The notes under the pieces: generated by a model
Databases searched by the model: none
Told to the model about the DNA's origin: nothing
The model's input: the letters and a program-made list of their open reading frames with translations, nothing else
Made by a program: the position numbers and the translations under genes
Assembly (NCBI GenBank): GCA_048128005.1
Contig: JBEUKZ010000107.1
Location: 310,001-374,000, forward strand
Source of the DNA: Veleropilina oligotropha
Lineage: Eukaryota
Reading direction: 5' to 3'
Length of the DNA stretch: 64,000 bases
Shown: piece after piece, positions 11,301-18,096 of the stretch
Layout: each line of letters opens with the position of its first letter
Numbering within the stretch: the stretch's first letter is position 1

Positions 11301-12200
11301 TTCTCTGAGAGGATAGACGCCGTAGACGACTGCAGTGACCGGGTAGGCATTCTCGTAGTAGACCTTGTCGACCCCAGTGATAGCACCCGGCTTAGTGTCC
11401 TGAGAGATCTCAAAGACACCCTGGCCCTTCTTCCTCGCAGCTTTCACCGGGTCAAACTTGTCTTCGACCACCCAGTCACCTTCACCCCACTCACGCAAGA
11501 ACTTTATTCTAAGGACATACTCGCCCTTTGGAAGGGCTGTGAGGAGCTGTGCCGCCCTTGCATCTGTCATACGGGCATCCAGGGCCAGCCGTCCAGCCAC
11601 TTCTACCCTCCATGTGGAGAAAGCCGCCGTGGCGCCATCGACCTCAAACTCGTCTTTGGCGTCGCTCAAGAGTTCCACCCATGGCTCTTTTGCTGGGAGC
11701 CTTACTGGGGGAGGGACCTGGCCATCCAGGTCGATGAATCGTTGTCCCTCGGGTGTGGTAAATTGCCCTAGAAGATCCTTCTGGTAGTCCTGGGCTGTCC
11801 GGGGCGTTTTGGAGATGAGAAGATCGGGCCCCTTCCGAGCAATAGCATGGGCAAGGGTCTCTTTCCGAGACCGCTTGACGATTCGATCCGTGATGGCGCG
11901 AAGTGGCTTCAGTCGAATCCTGGGATTTTTCTCAGCCTGGGATTCGTATTTACGAGCCTGCAGGGCGGCGTCGACCTCGTCCTTAATCTGCCGCAACTCG
12001 CGAGCACGTCGGCCTCTTTTGTGGGGGTTCTCCACATCTCCACGTATGGAGGGGAACCTTCCCGTTTTCATCGCCCGCTCGAGTCTGCTCCGAAACTCCG
12101 CAGCACGGACCCTGGCGATTGCCCTGACGAGGTCGTGCTTCTTGAGCTTCGACCGAGCGGGAATCCCATAATCTTTCGCTAGATTGCGCAGGTCATCCAT
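8367..12200 (-). CDS. Replication polyprotein: Rho-N/HeH-like N-terminus, OTU-like domain, family B DNA polymerase, SF1B helicase, HNH-type nuclease
   Basis: LRNLAKDYGIPARSKLKKHDLVRAI; NGDLNC...HNGH; IDMKACYP, SIIGKF, ATDSIY; GGGGCGKT...AYLAVSR; CAAC...SVDRVDNSRGH..N...CLECN. ATG at 12200 has the same CCCAGCAAC context as B's start. Confidence 0.88.
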   Translation of the reverse strand: MDDLRNLAKDYGIPARSKLKKHDLVRAIARVRAAEFRSRLERAMKTGRFPSIRGDVENPHKRGRRARELRQIKDEVDAALQARKYESQAEKNPRIRLKPLRAITDRIVKRSRKETLAHAIARKGPDLLISKTPRTAQDYQKDLLGQFTTPEGQRFIDLDGQVPPPVRLPAKEPWVELLSDAKDEFEVDGATAAFSTWRVEVAGRLALDARMTDARAAQLLTALPKGEYVLRIKFLREWGEGDWVVEDKFDPVKAARKKGQGVFEISQDTKPGAITGVDKVYYENAYPVTAVVYGVYPLREPNPANLVPMKNGDLNCVAQRVVEHFEGALRGHGLTPTRRQKILEWEERVHVTGATVDDISILERILKRAIILRDIAGEDIYSSGKYQGWHRPVELICHNGHAWSKDLHFPQSREVHLYEGDVWEAIRQATQNEPLAVWLLGGKDRQLGVDQFVLQDGRTYRTKETHEILQEACTALGNESLADRAFGVNHAASIMAKETNGWKPTPAGLLDDIQKACVEHGHGGLWNSMNYDTGDVCCIDMKACYPASFLGKGEAKPYFERFGHPTHSMTRVAINGPLPQDIGTGFAEVVGWEFAQDIHPVIVAWFGKHFAENGWAPTPLLAFLIDSGLLKSLKIREAIIAFKKQTDVWLPPDRDQGCSIIGKFTQGAKADGKRLTRRLVTDQGELDFLVRDTRQSGTLVGAPQRCPMGHILTYYDGSQPQYAHLRASMLAYAHINLLSMLQRFSAAEAVRVATDSIYLKKASLEKLDDVTVYVAPRLCGCGEKSCVSCLIAEPYLPPVAPAQWRDKGEQLYMPQEHAAYLPKPEYCCAANSSQPSTAPCYNDTLTHHRLSYLNGGGGCGKTTRAIELFRARNPVVFTPTHRLAKEMRTRGVKAQTYHSFFRWSGQNDWTPDRMGQKFIPRVIIWDEVCTVPRAILEMFLDWLGRHEVQVICCGDQGQPPPITGEMPHDWLRKTADYYEEIEVDYRAKDDPALQALKRRIRLRPDKVQCDEMRRTLPSCLGWDRFVNTWKPGDLILTSRQKVRERAQELLLQRHKEHFPDSMVPILYHPRDSRKQNIMVTIPGTSDREELVLNDVVEVTIEAAERAILTPDWRLGYALTIHSSQGLTIHDPQKVWIIDDYLQWSNLAYLAVSRVELLRQLERVTCPPDEGSEDKPRPQTEQQLRKTIQKKLVAYKRQDQATGLPGFNLKVDDILRLREAQNNRCAACNIELLWAYSPKDTQQFSVDRVDNSRGHTRDNVRLTCLECNRKRGFAVVNA

Positions 12201-12248
12201 GTTGCTGGGGGGGTACACACTAGGATCTTTACTTCTCTAATATGAAAT

Positions 12249-12542
12249 TTACGCGTGGTAAATTGCAGCCATGCGGAGAAACTCTCTCTCGAAGGCCCTT
12301 TTCTTTCGTTGCCAGTCCATACCGTTCTCACTCTTATACCCACAGCCCTTACACAACGTAAGCCGGTTGAAAACGCCCTTCCCGCATTTGCTGCAGGGTT
12401 TTGTGCCCCGGCCATTTCGCCGTTGCCGAGCCAGATGGACTTTGCAATACGTGTTCAGACATCTCTTACCACATAGTTCCGTGGAGCTGATGGTGAGCCA
12501 TTGACAGGTGTCCGTTCCCCACATATTGATAGCGGTTATCAT
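12249..12542 (-). CDS. Small Cys/His-rich (zinc-finger-like) basic protein
   Basis: C..C..C..C..H plus two CxxC motifs; conserved with 28210-28497. Confidence 0.7.
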   Translation of the reverse strand: MITAINMWGTDTCQWLTISSTELCGKRCLNTYCKVHLARQRRNGRGTKPCSKCGKGVFNRLTLCKGCGYKSENGMDWQRKKRAFEREFLRMAAIYHA

Positions 12543-12650
12543 TGTATATACCAGTCTCTAATAGATATTATGACACTAAGATATCGAGCCCGGTGCACGG
12601 TGAGAAATAACCGGCATGTTAGACGTTGTGTAGTTATACTTGAAAGCAAC

Positions 12651-12851
12651 ATGCCACAGGAAGACATTATTACGCTGTACAGCGAACGGAGCTTCAGGCG
12701 CGTTAAAAACCTCTTAAACCGGGGCTATAACGTTTTGATCGTTGTACTCGACAATGGTGAACAAGCGATATATAAGAAGAAGACCAAAGACGGTAGAAAG
12801 GGAGTTGCACGAAATCAAACTCACCCCCCCTGCTACTGCTCGCATAACTGA
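12651..12851 (+). CDS. Small basic subterminal protein (66 aa, MPQED...)
   Basis: Shares ~40 nt of upstream sequence and the start MPQ(E/K)D with B ORF 28647-28892, then diverges. Confidence 0.45.
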   Translation: MPQEDIITLYSERSFRRVKNLLNRGYNVLIVVLDNGEQAIYKKKTKDGRKGVARNQTHPPCYCSHN

Positions 12852-12999
12852 GGAGCCCGGGCCGGCGAGGGTAGTGGGCCGTCCCTGGGGGCTCTATGTC
12901 GCTGTACACACGGTAACTTTTTTGTAATACACGATATACCCTGGGGTCTGAAATATAGCTGGGAGCCTTCCCGGTCGCCCCGGGGCCCTAGTCTAAACT

Positions 13000-13097
13000 C
13001 CCCTGCTGACTAGTCCGAGCTACCCTGAGTTCTGAAATAGGGCTGGGCGCTGTATTTTCCCATTCTAAAAAGTCCAATCACCCCCCCTGCTGCTGCT
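13000..13097. repeat. Right terminal repeat of element A
   Basis: Homologous to B 29074-29171. Ends ...CCCCCCCTGCTGCTGCT followed by AT-rich host DNA (GATAT...). Confidence 0.85.
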
Positions 13098-13482
13098 GAT
13101 ATAGGGATAGCCTCCGTCCGTCCGGTCACACTTTTGGTTAAAGTTTTTGGATGTGGTATTACATGCATTTAATGGATGAATAACTCAATCAAACATATTT
13201 TGATGGAAAGTAGACATGTTTAGCCTTTAGTTGGAACCAAAAGCAAAAAGTTTTTTTTTATTTTGTGAAAAAGAGCACTTTGGACATAGACATTTTTCAG
13301 TTAAAGTTTTTGGTCAAAGTTTTATTTTGAGTGTATATCGATTGCTCAAGGCACATTTTGGCATATAGAAGCTTTACTAATGGTTATATATGGATGTGAC
13401 CTGATACTCTGGCAATGATTTACATTATAATTTTATATAAATAATGCATTAAATTGGTGTTTTGGGACATAGAAATGTAGTT

Positions 13483-13695
13483 AGCAGCAGGGGGGGTGAG
13501 TGTACTCTAATAGGGGCAGTTTTTCAGGCATAAAACCAGCAGCAGCAGCAGGGGGGGTCAGTAGACTTTTTAGAATGGGAAAATAAGGCTCCCAGCACCA
13601 TTTCAGAACTCAGGGTAGCTCGGACTAGTCAGCAGGGGGGGTGAGTGTACTCTAATAGGGGCAGTTTTTCAGGCATAAAACCAGCAGCAGCAGGG
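13483..13695 (+). repeat. Left TIR of element B
   Basis: Reverse complement of 29017-29232 apart from one AGC triplet; contains an internal ~60-bp direct repeat. Confidence 0.95.
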
Positions 13696-13771
13696 TAGGG
13701 ATTGTATTACAAAAAGTCGCCGTGTGTACAGACCGATATAGTAGCATGTAGTAAGAGCCCCCAGGGACGGC

Positions 13772-14138
13772 GTGTATCAATGGATATTTGCGTTAGTCGC
13801 TGTCAATGTTATTGATTAATTTTGCGTCTGGGTCTATTCATAGAGCTGACCTAGTGCTCCCCGTTCTCGAGAATCTTTATTGTGACACGTGGCAATGTAC
13901 ACGTGGCAATGTGACACATGGCTGACTCATTGTTATACATATAGAATTTCCATTTAGAGAATAAACCGTCCAGATGTAAACAAGTGGACCAAAACTTTGT
14001 AACTGGAGCGATGACCCGTTTCTGGACAAAATAATTTTAAATGGAGCAGATACTGTTCATTGGGTCAATCTTTTTTTTCTGGGTCGGCGACAGCAGTAGA
14101 GGCGAGGCATTCAAAGCAAACACTATCCATTGATACAC
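13772..14138. repeat. MITE-like AT-richer segment with 15-bp inverted termini inside element B
   Basis: GTGTATCAATGGATA (13772-13786) / TATCCATTGATACAC (14124-14138); no TSD recognised. Confidence 0.5.
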
Positions 14139-14556
14139 CTCCCATGAAATTGAGGTCAAACAGCTGCAGAACACTGACAACAGCCATGTATACATGTTGC
14201 CATTCATAAATCAGGCATGAATGAACCAACAGTAGATGGCTGCATGGGATATTAATATTATTATTTAATACATTGATGTCTCTCCTAGTGTAGCTCTAAG
14301 CGCAGTACAAACTATAACTAATATTACAGTACAATGTACACAAGAATATACAGGAGAGACATCAATGATACATACTTAAGCAATAATAATAATAAACAGA
14401 ATATTTTTTTCGAGTTTTTCAATTTTATCTTTTTTTTTACAAGCGCAATCAGACAAAGAGGTGAAGCAGCCCCTGCGTGAACTTCAACCAACTTTGAATG
14501 GTACAATATACGCAGGGGAAAGCCGGAAAAATATGTTTTAATGCAGGAGCAGCTGT

Positions 14557-14988
14557 TTATATGAATATATAGTTACCCGATATTAAAGTACAATTACAGG
14601 GTGAGATGTGTCCGACTTTTCTCCACACACCGAAGCAGCCAGACAGCATGGTATAATACTCCCCATTTTTTCCAGGACATAACGAGGGGGTCGAACACTG
14701 GACACATGTGACAGTATCTCGGGGTGTGGCCGGGCTACAGTTATTATCTCCGATAATAAAGTAGTGGCACGAGGGTGGGGAGGCATCAGGGGTGGGGTCT
14801 CTACCCGGGCGTAGTAGCAGGTTTCTTCGCAAGGGGTCAAATCGGGCGTTATACCTGGGATGATTTCGGTACCTAGCCCACGTATGTTCCAGAATTAATG
14901 CAGTGTTGTGTGTCGACGTCTGGGTGGTGATACCCCCTAGCCAGCACACCGCGGCAATGCACAGTAGCATAGATTTCATGGATTTCAT
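14557..14988 (-). CDS. Putative secreted cysteine-rich protein (possible cystine knot)
   Basis: Signal-peptide-like MLLCIAAVCWLGG; eight Cys in the C-terminal half ending CNC. Confidence 0.6.
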   Translation of the reverse strand: MKSMKSMLLCIAAVCWLGGITTQTSTHNTALILEHTWARYRNHPRYNARFDPLRRNLLLRPGRDPTPDASPPSCHYFIIGDNNCSPATPRDTVTCVQCSTPSLCPGKNGEYYTMLSGCFGVWRKVGHISPCNCTLISGNYIFI

Positions 14989-15073
14989 GGTTGTCCAGAT
15001 ATCACTGTAGATTTCTAGCTTTAATACGGGGGAGGGGGAGCGGGGTAGTCGTGGCTACGCTCAACCTGGATAG

Positions 15074-15709
15074 TTAGTCGCCAGCTCCGATTTTTTTCAG
15101 CAGCTCTGCACGACCCTCTAAACGACCACGCTCAATAAGCTCGCTCTGGGTCTGTGAAATCGCGGTGTGCGCCTTCCTACTCTTATCCCGAATTGATGCC
15201 TTCATGGCTTGGTATTTCTCCATCTCCCCTGTGACCAGTTGGAATTCATCATCAGACATCACCCCGTCCGCTAAGGCCTTTGAGACGTGGTCGGTTATGG
15301 TATTCAGCTTGCTGTCGGCCAGGACTCGAATCTCGTCGTGTTTCTTAGCCTTCACCCCGAGGCGCCGGCTGATATATTTCCCACCCATACTGGCGAGCCC
15401 ACACCCTAATGCCGCTAATTCCAGCACTAGGACGACCGGGGCGGCTACAATTGTGGAAAGTAGACCAATTCCAGCGCTACCCATACCAAGTGTGGCGACG
15501 ACTAGTCCGTTATCTATACCGTCAACGACGTTAACACCTCGTCGGTACTTTTTATATAGTGCGGCTCGAGCATCCCGTTCTCGTTCTAGCTGCCCCTGGA
15601 GCTCATTCACTTTCTGTAGTCGGAAAGACTGTGCCTCCGGAACTTCCGAAGGCACATCGCCACCAAGTTGTGGGTACAGCGTTGGCGCTGAGGGTTTGTT
15701 GTCCATCAT
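15074..15709 (-). CDS. Helical membrane-active protein with two hydrophobic helices (type seen in animal Polintons/adintoviruses)
   Basis: Start MMDNK overlaps the upstream stop (ATGA); coiled coil, hydrophobic hairpin, SKALxDxxMSDxEFxL; N-terminal PSAP and LYPQL. Confidence 0.8.
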   Translation of the reverse strand: MMDNKPSAPTLYPQLGGDVPSEVPEAQSFRLQKVNELQGQLERERDARAALYKKYRRGVNVVDGIDNGLVVATLGMGSAGIGLLSTIVAAPVVLVLELAALGCGLASMGGKYISRRLGVKAKKHDEIRVLADSKLNTITDHVSKALADGVMSDDEFQLVTGEMEKYQAMKASIRDKSRKAHTAISQTQSELIERGRLEGRAELLKKIGAGD

Positions 15710-16056
15710 ACGTGGCTGTATTGTTCCGCCTGTTTGTTTAAAATGTCTACTGTAACGTTCAAATACAGAGTGCCGACCCACGGGGCCTTGATGACAAAGG
15801 CGAGGGTTAACTTATCCGAATCCAGGCTGAGTTTACTTATGGAACATGCCTTGGGGCCCCCGGCCGGCTGGACCGGCGTCAGGTGGATCATTAGAAGGGC
15901 TGGGTTCAACCCGAACCGACCTCTAGTGTTTGGAAACATGAACTCCCTCCTCGCCAGCCCCTTATTGGGCGCTACCCCACAATTAAGGACACAGTGCCAC
16001 CGGGTCGGGGGGGAAGAGGGCTCGTCTGCAAGCAGGGTCCCGTAGATGCTGCTCAT
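15706..16056 (-). CDS. Uncharacterised 116-aa, probably beta-rich viral protein
   Basis: Coupled by ATGA overlaps to both neighbouring minus-strand genes (16053-16056 and 15706-15709). Confidence 0.7.
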   Translation of the reverse strand: MSSIYGTLLADEPSSPPTRWHCVLNCGVAPNKGLARREFMFPNTRGRFGLNPALLMIHLTPVQPAGGPKACSISKLSLDSDKLTLAFVIKAPWVGTLYLNVTVDILNKQAEQYSHV

Positions 16057-16793
16057 TGTATCGCAAGGACTGCGGAAATAGGCATACCGTGATTGTCGAG
16101 CGGTTTACCATCTGAGTCTGTGACGTACACCTTCAACTCTGTGATTAGCCCGGCCTGTAGTCGCCGGCCGGTGGGATAGCTATGATAGTGGCCAGCTTCA
16201 CCGAACATCTGCGACGTGATAGGGACCACCGCGAGAATAGTGCTCGGGGCGCCGTCCTTCACATTGTGCGTTGTACTAAGCTGCTCCAGGTGGACGTGCA
16301 GGGTTGGCGCTATGGCAAACCCGACAGGCTTATTCCCGTCATAAGTCCCAGGGCGTAGCCACTCGGATCTCTCCGGAGGGGGAGGTGGTTGGCCCTGTAC
16401 TCCCCGAACCGGTTGGTTCAGATTCCCTGCTTTATCGAGAATAAACGAAGACAGGTTTAAGCCGAGGAGTTTTCGTATATCGTCGCTTATCGCGAGTCGA
16501 GTCCCCTCTGGGACCACGATTCGGGCGAGCCCTGTAGCATGGCTTACATCTAGTTGTAGGTTAACTAGCGACCTCTTCATCGTCTTGGCGAGGTCATCGA
16601 AGCTGTAGAAACCTGGTGCCACGTCGACCGTGGTATCCGGGGTCTTAAAGAAGGCTCCGGCATGCACGTTGTGCCAGCCTACCCAATAGTCGAGCGACTG
16701 CAAGCTGACACATAGCTTGCCGTCCCGGTTATCAATCGGCTCCAGGAGGGCAACCGCGGTCCCCTCTTGAACGTTTGTTAATGTGTGGAACAT
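16053..16793 (-). CDS. Probable minor capsid protein (penton, single jelly roll)
   Basis: 246 aa, beta-strand pattern, PGFYS..L, C-terminal ITELKVYVTDSDGKPLDNHG motif like Polinton pentons. Confidence 0.75.
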   Translation of the reverse strand: MFHTLTNVQEGTAVALLEPIDNRDGKLCVSLQSLDYWVGWHNVHAGAFFKTPDTTVDVAPGFYSFDDLAKTMKRSLVNLQLDVSHATGLARIVVPEGTRLAISDDIRKLLGLNLSSFILDKAGNLNQPVRGVQGQPPPPPERSEWLRPGTYDGNKPVGFAIAPTLHVHLEQLSTTHNVKDGAPSTILAVVPITSQMFGEAGHYHSYPTGRRLQAGLITELKVYVTDSDGKPLDNHGMPISAVLAIQ

Positions 16794-16800
16794 AGTAGCT

Positions 16801-18096
16801 ATGGCTAAGAGCGCCTTTGCGTTTAATGGGAGTGCTGCCTATCCGACCGGTGTGGTGTACCCAGCAAAGATCAAAGATGAGCAGCTTACGAGACCAAGCA
16901 TCAATGTGGGTAATGGCTCAACCACGACATTCGGGGCAACATACCCCGACGTCTTTCAGAAATACCGCCTCCCTCACGTCGCTAGTGACGGGCTGATAAG
17001 GGCCTGGCAGACCACGCCGATGCGGTTCTGGCAGAACAAGGTCAACTTCGCAGTATGGTGTGCCACAACAGGTTCCGGTATCTCCTCAGAAGACCACTTG
17101 AATGCTACTGCAGCCCCCCTCTCCACTGCTGTATTCACCTTCCACGTCTACTATCAGGTCAGAAGGATCTTGACCGAGATTCAGGCGCCGCTGCCACAAG
17201 ACCGGACGTGGGATGCATTCGACACCCCGTATGACCGAAGGGCATATGAAAAGATCTGCAGCGAATTCGGAGTGTCCCCACATACCGACTGGCGTGTCAA
17301 GGGTCCCAACGGCGGACTAGGCACCGCTTACAGCTACTGGACGAACAACGGCTACCACCCCATCGGACGTGAGTATGATCCAAGCCGAATGTCCTTCACC
17401 AAAGGTACGACCAACACGAATCTGCACGTGGACTACATCGCGCAAGCGCCTGCGCTTAAAAACGGTTGGGCTACTTTTATTCTGGACAAGTCGGTGGGAT
17501 TCACCCAGGCCGGCGTGGAGAGGCTCAATGATTCCATTAGGACCTATGTCTGGGCGATTCTTGGAGCGCAGGCTCAAACGCGTGCAAGTATTCTGGGTAG
17601 TGGTACCGCATTTGACGCACAGAAACAGTTCCTGGCGAACGTGGAAGACGCCATCGCATCCCCCGTTGACCTCCCTGCTGCGATCCAACGGTACCAGGAC
17701 GTTTTGCAGTATGCCAGGTCTAAAGTAGACTTCGTATTCGGCGTCGGCCTTTACATGGCGCCAAGTGACATGCTCCTTCGGATCGGGCAGGTGGCTGGTT
17801 ATAACAATGAGATCGTCGTTGCTACGGAAGCCCAGACCCTAGGTCTTAATACTACGGTGAACGCGGCCAATCCTGTGCCGCTCAACGCCACTGGGGAGAC
17901 TGGAGAAACAGGATTGGTCATCCCACAAGACGCCGTCTTACCCGCAGATGCGGTCACTCCGAAGCATCCAAGCTCTCTGCCGGCTGTGGCCCCAGTGGCA
18001 GCTGTTTCAGCTGGGGCAACCAAACATGACGAGGATAAAACCGCACTGATCGTGGGCGGCATTGTCGTTGGCCTAGCGTTCATTTGGCTTACGTGA
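16801..18096 (+). CDS. Uncharacterised ~431-aa protein with C-terminal membrane anchor
   Basis: Long ORF; Ala/Pro/Val-rich linker then ALIVGGIVVGLAFIWLT. Confidence 0.8.
   Translation: MAKSAFAFNGSAAYPTGVVYPAKIKDEQLTRPSINVGNGSTTTFGATYPDVFQKYRLPHVASDGLIRAWQTTPMRFWQNKVNFAVWCATTGSGISSEDHLNATAAPLSTAVFTFHVYYQVRRILTEIQAPLPQDRTWDAFDTPYDRRAYEKICSEFGVSPHTDWRVKGPNGGLGTAYSYWTNNGYHPIGREYDPSRMSFTKGTTNTNLHVDYIAQAPALKNGWATFILDKSVGFTQAGVERLNDSIRTYVWAILGAQAQTRASILGSGTAFDAQKQFLANVEDAIASPVDLPAAIQRYQDVLQYARSKVDFVFGVGLYMAPSDMLLRIGQVAGYNNEIVVATEAQTLGLNTTVNAANPVPLNATGETGETGLVIPQDAVLPADAVTPKHPSSLPAVAPVAAVSAGATKHDEDKTALIVGGIVVGLAFIWLT

Larger units (their letters stand above)
1..13097. mobile_element. Element A: palindromic (fold-back), capsid-less Polinton-like element; left end lies outside the window
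   Basis: Position i is the reverse complement of position 10428-i for 1-5154 vs 5274-10427. The right arm is collinear with the right half of element B and ends in CCCCCCCTGCTGCTGCT at 13097. No MCP, penton or full ATPase gene in the visible part. Confidence 0.9.

Noticed and set aside
8428..12182. Many plus-strand ORFs antisense to the polymerase (also 24569-28167)
   Set aside because: Shadow ORFs of a GC-rich gene; their boundaries differ between A and B.
14324..14506. 60-aa hydrophobic ORF in the AT-rich cargo
   Set aside because: Non-ATG start and low-complexity AT sequence explain it.
15734..16045. 103-aa plus-strand ORF
   Set aside because: The opposite-strand ORF 15706-16056 is coupled by ATGA overlaps at both ends and is the better candidate.
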